Part shown: positions 39,501 through 53,135 of the stretch, in pieces | Layout of the letters: every line of letters starts with the position of its first letter | Numbering within the stretch: position 1 is the first letter of the stretch | NCBI GenBank assembly: GCA_965153285.1 | Contig: OZ229115.1 | DNA from: Podarcis tiliguerta | Taxonomy: Eukaryota | Direction: 5' to 3' (one strand) | DNA length: 64,000 bases | Translations under genes and position numbers: made by a program | The notes under the pieces: generated by a model | What the model was told of the DNA's origin: nothing | Databases searched by the model: none | The model's input: only the letters and a program-made list of their open reading frames with translations

Positions 39501-39759
39501 TGCTAGTGGCATGGCCATCTGGCAATTTATTTTTAAAATTATTAATGCTATAGTAAACAATAACATATAAATAGCATGAAACATGTTAACCACAGTCTTA
39601 ACATAGTGGCTGCATGGCAGGTATACATAAAGGCTAATCTTTAATAAAACAAAAAATTCACATTCCCCCCCCCCCCAAATAAAGTTATATTGAATAGGAA
39701 TATGGTTGCTTTGGTCTGCTCTGTTTATATAAAAATGAAATCTTGCCACACCGCAAAAA

Positions 39760-40445
39760 AAAACATTTTGTTATTTATATTTAATTAGAAGAATTTCATT
39801 TATAAGAAGATAGAGTGACAAAAGGGGGGGGGGGGCGAGTGAGAAAAAAGTGAGCAGGGTTAAAAAAAGTGTAGGAAATAAGTTATAATACAATAAGTAC
39901 AAACAGATTTGATGTTCCTTGCAGTATGGTCAACTGGTGCGTCAGCTTTTCAGATACTGCAATAACGAGAGGTTTTTTATACCTAACACCTATAGTAAGA
40001 CTAGTCACATCTTCTCACGTAGGAAGCAGCATAAATAATATCAATCCTTCTGAGAGGATTTCAGAATATCCCCTGCAGTCGTCAGGAGAAGGCACAGACA
40101 AGAATCCCTCTTGATTCTCTCGATTTTATTTTTGGTAAGAATGCTTATCTACATCTCAAAACTTTGCCAACATTGCGTACCTCCACCAAATGTGGCAATA
40201 AGTGCCTCTTTCCTGACAATTTTTCCATTACACTCCATTGATGGTTTTGTTTTATTTCTGTATATGAGCTGGGGTCATGAGCATGTAATACCAGCTGTGG
40301 ACCAGTTTTAGGATTTCCCCCCATAAAACTGGCTGAAACAGAAGTAAAAAGCTTGGTTTGGTTCTAATTTCTCCCCTAGCAACTTGCCCCATACAGCTTT
40401 TAATCCTGAGGAGGAAGGTAAATCTGTATCTTGCAAGACTGCATA
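39760..40445 (-). mobile_element. Degenerate L1-clade LINE 3' portion (ORF2 Cys-rich region and 3' UTR)
   Basis: Minus strand about 40320-40150 translates ILKLVHSWYYMLMTPAHIQK*NKTINGV*WKNCQERGTYCHIWWR, the decayed WY-TP...CWxC...GT..H.WW.C knuckle of L1 ORF2. Boundaries are approximate. Confidence 0.7.
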
Positions 40446-40675
40446 ATCTCTGACACCAGAGAGGGAAGGCAGACCCTCCAAGTGTCCCTATTTTCCAGGG
40501 ACAGTCCCAGATTTACAGAAGCCATCTGATTTGATCCCAGAATGTACTGTTTTTCCTTAGGACATTGCTATTTTCATCGGAGAAATGGGAAGGTTGTGCT
40601 ACTGCAATATTTCAGATGCACTTTGCCTCGTGCCCCAAGGACCGAAAATCCTGCCGACATTCCATATAGGAATAT

Positions 40676-40851
40676 GCAGATAGCTGCCTTATACTGAGCC
40701 AGACAACTGGCTCATCGAGCCCAGCGTTGTCTACTGAGACTTGCAGCAGATCTCCAAGATCTCAGACATGGGGCCTTTTCATCACCAGCTGAACTTATCA
40801 TTTCAGCTGGCTGTGCCAGGCATTGTTGAACCCAGTACCTTTTGCATGCAG
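40676..40851 (-). mobile_element. Degenerate tRNA-derived SINE (Squam2-like)
   Basis: agctgccttatactgagccagac tail and ttgaacccagtaccttttgcatgcag head. Confidence 0.6.
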
Positions 40852-42619
40852 ATTGAAAAGGCTATTCCACCTTTGGCTGCCTATGTAATTTGCTTTGCCA
40901 AAATATTGCTCTTAATTGGATTCTTACAGCATATTCAGAGGCTTATTGGTTTTTGCTCGAAAACTCTTACCAAGATCTGGGGTCATCTGTGATAAGTGAC
41001 GAAGAGAACAGAACTTCTATAGGATTTACTCAAGAGCATGTGCATTACTCCAACACTACTACTTCAAGGTGATGTGTTGTGACGGGCAACCTGCAATTAT
41101 CTCCCATTACACTTATTATACTGGAAAGGAATGGTGGAAGACTCTCTTTTATGGCAACATTTTTGTGAACCAACAGTCCAGGAGCAGTGGGTTCATGATC
41201 CATGCTTTAAAAAATCTCGAATCTCCCGCTCCGTCTTTCGCTTTGTTAACCCTCCCCTCCAGTGAGAACAGCTAGGAAAGCAAATCCCGTTAAGGTTTTG
41301 TTAAGCTATATAAGCCCTTGTGTGAGGATGTCGTGACCAGGGCAAGAGCAGCCTTTGCCACCCCTGCCATCCTGCCCCAGTTTGTGGTCTACACCATGCT
41401 GGGTAGTAATTAAACTCAGCAAAGCTGTTTCAATGAAATAAATAAATTCCAGCAGCACTCACAGGCAGCTCTCCTAAACGCCAGGGTAAAGCTGAGATCT
41501 GCTCAGCCACATTTCCCCAGCAAATAGGATCGAGACAAATCCACTTAGCAGCCGAGAAAGCAAAGCCTTCGGGCTGGCTGGGGTTTGTGTTGCCGTTGCA
41601 GCTATGCATTGCTCCGCACACACAGACCCTCCAGTACTGGCAAAGGCTCCTTTGATGTCTCACTGCCGCCCCCCCCCCCAGCTCTTCATTAGAGCATTAG
41701 CAACACTCTGTGTGCCTGACCTTTCCTCTAGCAAAGGATTCAAGGAGCTCATTTGATTTAAAGGGGCGAAGAAAAAGAAGCCCTAGCAACAAAGAACATT
41801 CCACCGTAGCACCTTTACGGTGCAGCATCTACCATTGTGGACAAACATGCTGAGAGTTGCCAGCTGTCTCTTGATTTTTTTTTTTTTTTAACTTTTCAAA
41901 ATGTCCCTTGCTGCAAAATGCTCACGACCTGGAGAGGAGGGGTGGGGGAGCACAGAGAAGGTGTCTGAATCATACGTTCCCTGGAGGCAGCTTGCAGGGA
42001 TGGGGATCCATTAATGCCTTAAATAAAATACAATACGCAAAGTAAATTAAAATCTCAAATTCAGGCTCCAAAGACGCGCACGTGTCGTTCAACTTACTAC
42101 ATCTCTTTTCTGTTCTACTAGCGTGCGACATTAAATTTTGGTTGTTGTTGTTTGTTTCAGCGTTTGGAAGGGGAGACTGCTATTGTGTTGAGAACATCCT
42201 ACAGAATACGCCCGTAATAAAACACCAGTGTGAAGGGGGAACTCAGGTCAAAATATCACAAGAATGCAGAATTCTTAGTTCAAAAAAGAGAGAAAAAGAC
42301 TGAAATATTATGAGATTGTTGGTGGCATAGCAATACATAAAACTTATTGGTGGAAACATGATTCCTTCAAAAACATGGCTGTTTAAACTAGCCACCACCA
42401 TGCTTAACTCAGTATTTTACTGGAATTTTGGTGCTTTCTTTTTTAGATTTCAGCACCGATGTCTATTTTCAGCTCTATTTTCAGACTTTGATTTTGATGA
42501 GCATCTAAGGAAAGGGGGTTGCACAGGTGTGAGACAGGTAGCCACCAGAAACACCAGCCTAGGTGCAATCAGTGTTTGTGTTGATTTGGCATCTTGATAA
42601 CATATATTTCTTCACGCGA

Positions 42620-43352
42620 GAGGCAGATGGCCACCAAGCTGGATGGCTTTGAAAGAGGACTGGACAGATCCATGGAGGATAAGGCTGCTAGCTGGGTGGC
42701 CCAAGACATTTTGGCACCTGAGGCAAACCACAAAATGGCACCTCCTCCACCAGGGAATGTGGGATGAGTGAAGATGTACCTCAGGAACAAGGCAGGGGTA
42801 TCAAATCAGCCTTACCTGATGGTTGAGGTGGGAATCAAAGGCTGAGGGTGGGGAAATGGGTCCACTCTGAATCACACCAGTGCAGAACCCAGGAGACCCC
42901 AGAGGGCAGCCCCCACCATTTCCTCCCTAGAAGTGGGAGGAGAACAAGAAGTGCCTCCTATTCCCCAAGAGGCCATTGTAGAGGCAGGACTGGAGGGCTG
43001 CTGAGGAAAAGGCAGACCCAGCTTCCAAGGAATGTGCTGCAGTCGTTGTTGCCACTATGGCAGGAGCAGCAGCGGGAAATGCATTCCTTGGTGGCTGGAT
43101 CTGCTGCCCCGTGGATCCTGCTACCTGCCTTGGTTGCCTCAACTTGCCTTGTGGGTGGGTCAACCCTGGCTGCTAGCCCTGGTGGCTATGCTCTGACTCC
43201 CAGAGGCAGTAATTCTTCTGAATATCAGTTGCCAGAAACTGTGGGAGGGCAGGGTGCTCTTATGCTCTGGTTGGCCCCTATGAGGAGAAGAAGATGATGC
43301 TGGACTAGTGGGTCCATTGACCTGATACAGCAGGCACCTCTTCTGATCTTAT
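42620..43352 (+). mobile_element. CR1 LINE 3' end, split by a nested DNA transposon
   Basis: gatggccaccaagctggatggctttgaaagaggactggacagatccatggaggataaggct (FERGLDRSMED, a CR1 ORF2 end) resumes after 43176 with a 3' UTR ending tgctggactag...cctgatacagcagg...cttatg. Confidence 0.7.
42692..43168. mobile_element. hAT-type non-autonomous transposon nested in CR1, 8-bp TSD
   Basis: TSD gctgctag at 42684-42691 and 43169-43176; imperfect TIRs ctgggtggccc and gggtcaaccctg. Confidence 0.8.
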
Positions 43353-43635
43353 GGAAGGGAACTTGCAAATGCTAAGGCTCCTAGGGACCTACAAAGAATT
43401 CACTGGTGTGACTTCTGTGGCTGTGTGTTAAGGCGTTGCTCTTTGGAACAGGGGTCCTAAGTTCTAGTTCCTTTCCCCTCCCAAATTACAGTTGCTGGCA
43501 GAAAAGCCAAAATATACCGGTAAGTGCATTTCCCAGGCCTGGGACTCAATCTCACCTCCTATTTCCTATTCCACTGCTTGTCCCCACTGAGTTACCTAGG
43601 CTCTCTTGTGCCCTTAGCAAGGAGCTGTATCAGCA

Positions 43636-43660
43636 CACACACACACACACACACACACAC
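43636..43660. repeat. (CA)n microsatellite
   Basis: Direct reading. Confidence 0.95.
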
Positions 43661-43800
43661 GTCCCTTCTGTCCTTGGCAAGGAGATGTTGGCCACCCAGA
43701 GAAGTGGCCCAGGGAGCACTCTGATAGGCTCTTAGCCACTCTGAGCCAGAGTGGAAAGAGGCACAATTTTTGTGCGCCCAACCCCTCTTGGGCCTGCTTC

Positions 43801-44045
43801 AAAGAAGAGTTTGGATTTGATATCCCGCCTTTCACTCCCTTTAAGGAGTCTCAAAGCGGCTAGCATTCTCCTTTCCCTTCCTCCCCCACAACAAAAACTC
43901 TGTGAGGTGAGTGGGGCTGAGAGACTTCAAAGAAGTGTGACTGGCCCAAGGTCACCCAGCAGCTGCATGTGGAGGAGCGGAGACACGAACCCGGTTCCCC
44001 AGCTTACGAGACTACCGCTCTTAACCACTACACCACACTGGCTCT
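43801..44045 (-). mobile_element. Full-length Squam3-type SINE
   Basis: Same structure as 36276-36531; flanking direct repeat cttcaaaga at 43797-43805 and 44044-44052. Confidence 0.9.
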
Positions 44046-44824
44046 TCAAAGACATGCTTTAGCTTAAGGTGGCGTTGGAGCTGTAGCTCATACTTAGCAG
44101 TTCTCACATTTTGGGCTTGGGGGTGAGATGAAGAAGTAAGAGTGAAAAGGAAAGGGGAAAAAAGAGGAGTGTGCCCACACTGGTAAGAACATTAAAGATG
44201 GCTCTGCCTGTCAGGGCACAGTGGGAGTGTTTCACAGAGTTCTCTCTAGCAAACATACAGGAAAACTCTGAGAGCTTCAGCTCCTATCATGTGCCTATCT
44301 AGCAAACATTGAATTTTTGGTTTGACTGCCGTTGAATATTCCACACCCTTGGCAGGGGCCAACCTGGATTTACCTGCTCCTGGATTTACCAGCCATATTT
44401 CAAAGCTGTTTGCTTTGCCCTTGCAACGTGGCACCACACCATCCCTCTCCCTTACTACCTTCGCACAGACACTCAGTGCAAAAGTGTTGTGTGCAGTAGC
44501 CTAAGCTACGTCTATGCAGATTCCTTGCTACTACAGCAGGACTCCAACCTTTCTCCTGGGTCAACTACGGGTTCTACATACAAATCCTCCTGCCCATGAC
44601 CAGGCACACCGACTGTTCCCAACAGCCTGCCTATGTCTTGTGTGGTGGAGGGGGCATTGGGTGGATTCTCTGACATCATTCTGACCTTCTGGCCATAGCC
44701 ACATGCTGGCTGGGTGGTGCCTTGCTTGCATAGCCAATATGGTGAAATTAAAGCAGCGAGTGCTACTGCAATTGGTGGGTGGCAGCAGAGTTGCCAGGGA
44801 GATACTGAGAGTAACTGTCGGTTT

Positions 44825-45436
44825 TGCTACGTGAGGTTTTGTTTCTCCTGTCCTCGTGGTTTTGATTTTTTGCTGCTGGGAGAGCAGGTCACATGAACGG
44901 ACAGGAGAGGGTTAACGGAGTTGGAAGCACTGCTTGAAACTTCTTTAATAGTCAGTGGCAAAGTTGTCAAGTTCTTTTTTTTTTTTTTGGTAAGGAAAAT
45001 TACAGGTAAACGGCCCAAAATGACAAAGAAGCAGCTGGAGATTCCTCCGGAAGGTGAGAGCTATCTTGGCAAAAAGCGTACAGCTTTCTCTCCCTCTGCA
45101 CCCCCACTCCCAGCTAAGGATGATGTAAGCAAGATCAGTGTCTGTGAGAGAAACAAAGACTGCAGTTTTGAAGAGGTCTGAGAAAGAGGCAAGAGGGCTA
45201 GAGTTGAGCCCTGTTTTTCAAAGCTGTCTCTCTCTGGAGTTCTGATTTGGGACTGTAGATTGTGCTGCTGGAGTGTTTGCTACCATCTAAGCTCAATTTG
45301 TAAATAAATATTACAAAACACCACCCCATAAATCTCCAGTGATCTTTTCATCTGAAGGAAACCAAACCTGTGTGTAAGTACTGTACTGTAAGTACTGTCC
45401 CCCCGAAATTGGGGGAAAGTGGGGGTGCATGTAACA
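44825..45436 (+). mobile_element. Possible solo LTR
   Basis: Begins tgctac and ends gtaaca (TG...CA, imperfect inverted ends); aataaa near 45304, about 130 nt before the end. No clear TSD. Confidence 0.3.
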
Positions 45437-48400
45437 ATATACTGTTATGCTCGCCCTACCCTCTCTGAGGCTGAGTGGTGAGAACACCAGGGGTGCTGTG
45501 TTAACTCAGGCTCTGTTTCCTCAGGAACTAGAGACTTCAGGCGTTTTGTAGCATTTGCACTGATTTACAAACAAACAAGATGATGATAGGTGGATGTTCA
45601 CAGCATGAGAGACCTCAACAGGTGCCCCTAAATTCACTGTTCGCCATCAAATTGCTGCCAGCGCCATCACAATTTCCTACAGAGAGCAGCTCAGCCCTCT
45701 GCCGTTCGTTCCTCAGGATCAACTTGGTCTAACTCCAGAGCTGCAGATTTTGTATGCACGCACACACACTCTCTCTCACACACACACCCTGGCCAGGAAA
45801 AGGACAAAGGGGTGAGTCATCTTCCCATCTTTCTGGCCCATACAGAAATGTAGCAGACAAGCCGCAGGCAAAGATCTTGCAAAACCAGTTCCTTATACTG
45901 TTAATCTTGGATCTTTTACAGCCAGAGCCACTAGTTTGGAAGGGATCCTGTGAGGACATTTAGACCAACCCCGTAACTACACCTCACTGGTGCGGTGCCA
46001 ATACAGTGGATGCCTGGAATTGGGGTGTGTGTGTGTGTGTGATAGGATTGATCTAAAATCAGAAGCAGAAAAGTGATGGTCCCCAACCACTTTCCTCAGA
46101 GATTTTTTTTAAAAAAACAATGGAAAGGCATTATTCATAAAATCTGGGTATTTGGCCAGATGTTCTGCAGTCTTTCTAGGTCAGTTCCAAACCATTCTTT
46201 CTCAACTTTTATTTGTGGTTAAAAGTATATTCACCAAAGCCTTTTCAGATTTTGCAAGGAAGACAGTCTTCCAATTCCTCTGACTGGGGCTTTTACAGAT
46301 AAGGGTCGTTGTTTACGGAAACATTAATATGCCCTGCGTGCTAAAATGATGTCTGCGTCCTGCTTGCATGTTTCCAATTTTGTGCAATCACATGGCTGCA
46401 CAAACACCAATTATTGCTAGCTGAGCTACACTGGTCCTGAACTGCTTCCTTATTTTACCGTATTTCATCTGATTACAGCAAATAGGAAAAGGCTCGATGG
46501 CCTAACTTCGTCCTGCCCCTGGGGACAGCAGTTGTATAACAGCTGTTTGGCTCATGAAACATGCTTGCAGGTGAACGTGAAATATTTCCCCACCAATGAA
46601 AATGGCGGCAGCTACCAGCAAGGTACACTGGGGCCATGCCTTGTATCCTAGATGCAAGTCATTTAAGGAAAAATCAGCACCTTGAATTTGCGATATGGTT
46701 TCTGCGGTCAAATGCAGCTATTTATTTATTTAGAAATTTCATAAACCAACTGATTAAGGAAAAAACTATCCAAGTGGTGCAGAGAGAGAGAAAAATATGG
46801 CTAAAATCCACAAACCAAACAAAAAGCAAGGATGCATAAATTCATCAACACTGAAAACAAAGATAAAATAAATAACCCTTTGAACCACTTGCGATCTATT
46901 GAATCTCCAACTGTTATCAAGGGCAGCCCCACATGCAAGGCACAACGCTAGCCAGGCCAGGCGATTACCCAAGCATGCAAGGCAGCAGCCAAGTCCCGAG
47001 TCTCTGTGGCAGAAGATTAAAAAGACCAGTTTAATTTCAAATTCTCTCCCGAAAGGACACTTTTAAATGCCTCGGCTGGAAACACTTGTTTGACTCCCCT
47101 TTCTGCTGGCGCTGGATTCCTTCCTGGGTTCCAAAAAGAACAGAGATCAGAGCCACCGTGGAATTTTAGGAACTCTTTGGCTGAGAGGTGTGGGGAGAGC
47201 AAGAAGGGGCAGGGGGAGATGGCTCTGCTTTGAAGTAATTTAATGAGCAAGGCCAACTAATTGCTTTCTAATTAAGTCCTTTTTTTCCCTTTTCCTTTTT
47301 TGCTTGGGCAGAAGACACCCTTTGATTTCCTTTGGAGTAAGTAATGTGGGAGCAGAGATACACCATCCCAGTGCTGCACTCCCTTCAAGGGCAGGTCCAG
47401 GATGAAATGTAAAAAATTAATGGAGCGATTGACTCTGGAAAAGTTTGGGGCAGAGAAAAGACTTATTTCCAATGTGGATTGTGTGGGTGGGTGGGTTTTG
47501 GTGGAGTAAAGCATAGCCCATGCTAATGTGGGAGGTCGAGGGAAGCTGACACCAGACATTTAAGTGCAGAAGGCCAAAACAATGCATTAAGCAAAAGCGA
47601 TTGTGTAACTATGGCTAAAAGAGGCATAGGACAAAATATGTTGATCTGGATAAAAAGGGACTGCACAAATTTGCAGACCTGCATAACGTACGGTGCACAT
47701 GCTGTTCCTGGACTATTTGTGGCCCGCCAGGGGAATTCCAGATACTCAGTATTTGCAGTATTTTCTCACCTCATTGTGAGAACATCGCTGTGAGCCAACA
47801 AAGTCTATGAAAAGCAGGAATAAGGCTGGGAGGCTACTTGAAACACTATGTCCATGTTGCTCTCCGCCTCCTGGGTACCAGATTTTCCAGTCTCCTGCAA
47901 CCAGCCACGCTGCACAACCAGCCTACATTTAAGACCTGCTGAGGGCCAAACTAGGTAATAAATTAGTTCCATATTTCTACCCTGACAGGTACTGTTTGTT
48001 TCTTAACCCAAATTGCCAGCTATCCCATTCTAGAAAGGCCAGACCAAATGACATGTGCCAAGGCACGTCATGTGTGCTGAAATATATAGAACTGCCCCAA
48101 TTACACAGAAATAGGTGGGGATCTGAGCAGGGCCAGCCTTACTACTGTATTAGGTGGAATGAGGCAACCACCTCAGGTACCAAATTCTGGGAAGCAGCAT
48201 CCTCTTCTATTGGAAGATGAAGCTTTCTCTGCCACACAGAGGGTCCCCCAGCCCCTGCTACCTTCAGGAACCTTGGGGGATGCCATCCTAGTGCCAGTGC
48301 TGAAGTAACATTCAACGGTCAGACGAGTCAACTTCTGCATGTGGAATTGGGTGGGTGGCCGCCGTCTTGTCCTTTGCATTAGTCTGGCCCTGGGTTTGAC

Positions 48401-50205
48401 TAGCAGAAGGTGTGCATGGATGAGAAACACAGAACCTTCTCCCTGCCTGTCACTTAATTCACCTTGTTTCTCTTGTTTTCTTCTCTAAAATTCTGATATT
48501 AGAACTTTTGCAGGAGAGGGATTGTGGAGAATCAAGCTGCATGTGGAGGGCAGGGTTCAGTGCTGTCTCATCCACTTGCCCCCTTTTTTGCTATTCAAAT
48601 TGTACCCAACCTTTCCTTCCACATGACTGGAGCAATTCCATGCTTGGATCACATGGAACTGCCATCATCATGTCTAGTTTGGCCCTCAGGAGCTGTGTTA
48701 GGAACTCTCATGAGAGAGCTGTGGATCACCCTGCCATAAACAACTTCCACTCCTGGGAAAGAGGTTTTGGTTACTTTTCCAGACCACAGTGGTTGGGCTC
48801 AGCCCTAGGCTAAAGGGTGAAACAATAGCCTATGGTGCCAGCTCTTCCAACAGAAGGGAAATCCCTGCCTTGTCTGCCCTTCTTGTGTTACTCAAACTGG
48901 CTGAGCCAAAGAAGGGAGAGGGGGAGGGAGAAGAATAACCCAAAGCTTGTCTGAGTTCAGTCTGGCCTCTAGTACTCCCATTGTGAAAGCTTCACTTGAG
49001 ACATGCCATGGCATGAAGCTCTCAATTCTCCAATTAGAGAAATTACAGAACAGCAGCTCTGTCGTGGTGAAGTGCAGAAGCTTCTGTTCAGCATGTGGTC
49101 AAAAGGATGGCAGTACTTGGCTGACCATGCACTTCAGGGTTGGCTCCACATTTGAGAGGCTCTTAGGCAGTGAACTCTGGTAGTCACCCTCTTTCTTGGT
49201 AGACCCCTTTAGGTTTTCCTGGAGGCAGCAGGTGGCAGTGCTCTGGGAAGACCTACAACCAGAAATTAGGCCCCTGCTCTCCAGTTAACATGGCAAACCC
49301 ACAGTCTTCTCAGGTTGGCTAAAGAAACCAGGGGTTCCAACTGTAGGCAGATTTGTCTGCTGGCTTGAATCATTGCCAGCTTTTCTTTCAGGAAACAAAA
49401 GTGGTACCACGTTGCAAATGCTTCACACAGCATTTCCTTGTGCTCATTTGCTTTCATCTGACTGGATCTTTAATGGATATTGTGAAGGAATAGGTTTTTC
49501 ATCTTCCTTGGGAAGAGGATGGAGCCTTGTTATTACAATAATTAAGACAATTTTAGCAGGAAAATTCTGGACAAGGAAAAAAATTGTATCCAAATGTTGG
49601 CTTAGGTGCTTATAAATACTTTTGGATGTTGGAACCAGATTTTTAAAAGAATGTATTTTGGCTGGACCCAGCTGAAAGGATTCTGCCTTTGAAAGACCTT
49701 GGGAATGCAGGAGGAAAACTGCAGCTTTCGGTGGTATGGAACAAATTGTAACCATGTAAGCCAGTCCTACTGCTGGTCTGTGAAGTGAAGTTCTTCCCTC
49801 TCTCCTTCCACACAGGAATCGTGCATTGGATTGGTGATGCTCCACAAAGGAACAGAATGAGGCTGCTGAGATTAAGAAAGTTTGGTGGGAGGGGAGAGGG
49901 AGATGGGGAAAAATAATGATAATAATCCAGGCCCGAATTTTTGTGTAACAGACCTGTGAACTCAGTTCTGGCACTGAAAGCAAATTTATGGGCTGAGCAT
50001 ATGCCTGAAACCTGCAACAGCAAGAGAACTAAACTCTTGCAACAGCTTCACATTACTAGATGTGCATTTGTCTTGACTCGGAGACACATACTGCAACTTG
50101 GAAGACAATCAGAGTTCAGTACTTTGCATGCATGCAGTTGTAGGGTTCCAGTTGGAATTCTCCTCCACCTTGCTGTAAGAACTTAAGGAACTCTGATTAG
50201 ACACA

Positions 50206-50371
50206 GGCTGTGTACACATCATACATTTAAAGCACACACATCCCAATAATCCTGGGAACTGTAGTTTGTTATGAGTGCTGGGAATTGTAACTGTGTGGTG
50301 GGCAAACTACAGTTCCCAGAATTATTGTGGTGGTGGGGGGTGGGTTTTAAATGTATGGTATGTATTCAGCT
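50206..50371. mobile_element. Palindromic MITE
   Basis: Outer arms ggctgtgtacacatcatacatttaaa and tttaaatgtatggtatgtattcagct; inner arms ctgggaactgtagtttg and caaactacagttcccag. Confidence 0.8.
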
Positions 50372-52987
50372 GATGAGATACACTTTATTACCAACCACAG
50401 TCAGCACAAGGTGTGAAGCTGAAGTGACACTGTCCATTTCTGACAACATCACTGACCCAAGGGCGCTCTGCTAAGATGTTGGCCTTAGCTTCTACTTTCT
50501 CAGCTTTATGGAGCTTGAGTCAACATGCCTAAGCTCTGGCAGAGTTTTTCCAAAATAAGTAACATATAAGGTACACCTTTAAAATAGCTGTGCTCTTACA
50601 GAACAAAGATGATATATGTCAAATTTGATTCTAATCTGTTGGCAGTAGTAATGATCACAAAATTACAACGGGCTGGAAGTGATACCAATTTGCCCGTAAC
50701 TGGTTCAGGGCAAGGAAATGATCCAAAATAAGCAATCTGTAGGCAAAAAGCAGGCGTCTGCATGCTTACCAGATTCTGGATCCATTCCTGTTGATTGCAA
50801 ATGGATGCTGGCATAGCGCTCATGCTGTATTTCTGCATCCAGCACTTAGTATCATAAACAGAGTTTCTGTTTGCTGGATCAGGGCCACAGGCCCAGCACT
50901 GAGTAAAAGTTCTTGGCTCTGTCAGTTTTGACCACCAGCAGTCACCTGTTTAGAAAATGGAAGGAAGGAAGGAAGGAATCCAGGAAACCCTCCAACAGGT
51001 GAATTGCTCTGACAAAAGTAACAGCAGCAACCTTCTTTGGTTTGGTGGGCTCATGCATGTAGATTTTTATACAGAGCAGTATGAGCTAGAACTGTCTATA
51101 TCAATGCTTGATGGACAATACAGATGCATTTTTAGGAGATGGTTACCAGTAATGCATACAAAGTAAGTGGCAAACTGTCTCTTCTCATCATATTTTATGT
51201 GGGGATGTCATTAATCATACTGGGTCTAAGTTCCCGGTTTGTAAATTGGAGAATTATTTTTGGCATCTCTCAGGAGGCAGAACACATAAGATAGATGAAG
51301 ACGAGGGTGCTTAGGAGGCTTGCTGCTTATAGGTCTACAGTAATAGAAAGTATCATTAAGCATTATTATTAGCTATTATTTTTATAGCATTCTTTTAAAA
51401 ACGCATGCATTTTACAGGGGCTTTGGAATCAAGTAGCTAAGATTCTTCTGCTGATCACTGAAAAGCCAAAGTCTCCTCTTCTGAGTTCTGCTTCTTTTAA
51501 CTTTCACAGTTTCAAGTATTTGGCCTGAAGCTTCCAACAAATAATTCCAGTAAAATCTAAATCTAAACACAGAAACTTATTTATATATAGGGCCAAGGAG
51601 AAGAAGAGGAGGAGGAAGAGGAGGAGAATAAAAAAACGCCCCGCAAGAACTAAGAGGGGCTTCCAACTTGTCAAACTAAAAAAGGCCCCAGAGATTTTTC
51701 TATGCCCATATAAAGCCAAAAAAGGACTCGTTTGCAGTTAAAACCCTACCAGGCAGCTCAGCCAAAAAATTACAATAACACTTTCTTTCTAGGCCAGTAT
51801 CACAGGGACTTGGCAGCCACTTGGGCTTCTGGCCTGGAGTAACATACACGGTCTGAGCTTATATCCTTTTCAGTGCTTGAGGCAGCAGCACCATGTCTCC
51901 TGGTGTGTCCGGACTACTAAGAATAGGAAGAATGTGAACTGGAATTTGGACAGGGCTCTTTACAGTTTCCAGTCTCCTTCTTAATTTCTCCCAACGCTAT
52001 AAACTCCTGACTGTCTCCAGCACAACAACATTGATGTTCAGCTGGCCGTTGGCTGTCACCACCACCACCGCTACCACTTATCAACATGCTCATGCACTAA
52101 GTTGGAGCACCCACCATGTATACAGGCAAGTTGAAAAACACAACACTGGTCTGAAGCCAACAACTGCACAGCCCCACACCCAGCACAGAAGCTTCAGGCA
52201 GGGGAGTTACATTTAATAAATTGATTTTGCCTTTATTGGTTCTTTGTAGCACAGGAATTCTATTAAACTCGAATGGAACTGGAACGAGAGACATGCCTAG
52301 CCTCCACCTCGTTACTTTACTTTTGCCATCTCATTTCTTTGAAAGGGCAGGGATGATGCAATAAATGGAAACTGAATCAGGGCAGGAAAGTGTGGTGCAA
52401 ATCTAAACAATAGGTAAATCAGCCGTCAAAGCTTGCCAAGACCACCTCCTTTGTTCTTAGAACACACGCAGAAAGTTATCTAATCCACACCTGAAGGGAG
52501 CTATTTGGCACATTTTAAAAGAAATAATTGTCAATAGCGTCCAGTGCATTGGGACATGCTGCTTTTCCTGGTGGCGAAGGAAAATAAAGGGAATCTATGC
52601 ACTGCCTCCTACAATGGAAAGCTCAGCACTTTCTTCTGCAGAGGGGAAATAAATACCTTGTTGGGAGTTTGACCAGAGAAATGGCCAGAGGGGAAGTGGT
52701 GGAACAGCCCTCCTTCTCCTGCCATTATTCTGCTTAAACCTGCAACTTCCCAAGTTTGTTTTCCCCCTGCTTCTTTTTCTTTTACAAAGGTGGAAGAAGG
52801 ATACATGTAATAGCATGTCCCAACTAGTTTGGACCTTAAGGTAAGCTCCTCCATATACTAACCCACAACCACATCTCATGCATTAACCCTTGCTGTTCAG
52901 AATATATTTCCCTATGAGTAGACGAGAGGTGGACCTACCCAGGCAGCCTGATAAACAGAACAATAAAACATTCTAGGAACAAACCTG

Positions 52988-53135
52988 GGAAGCTGCCTTA
53001 TACCAAGCCAGATCATCTAGCTCAGTATGGTCTGCATTGAGGGGCAGCGGCTCTCCAGGCAGGGCTCTCTTTCAACCCTACCTAGAGATGCTTTGGACGT
53101 GCAGCTTGCAATGCAGATGCTCTATCACTGAGCTA
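52988..53135 (-). mobile_element. Degenerate tRNA-derived SINE (Squam2-like)
   Basis: ggaagctgccttataccaagccag tail and gcagatgctctatcactgagcta head. Confidence 0.65.

Noticed and set aside
49444-50023. Overlapping 179-aa and 126-aa ORFs, one containing ILFLCGA reminiscent of a tetraspanin N-terminus
   Set aside because: The similarity is limited to a few residues. No further TSPAN1-like exons (GFLGC, CCG motifs) were found on either strand by eye.
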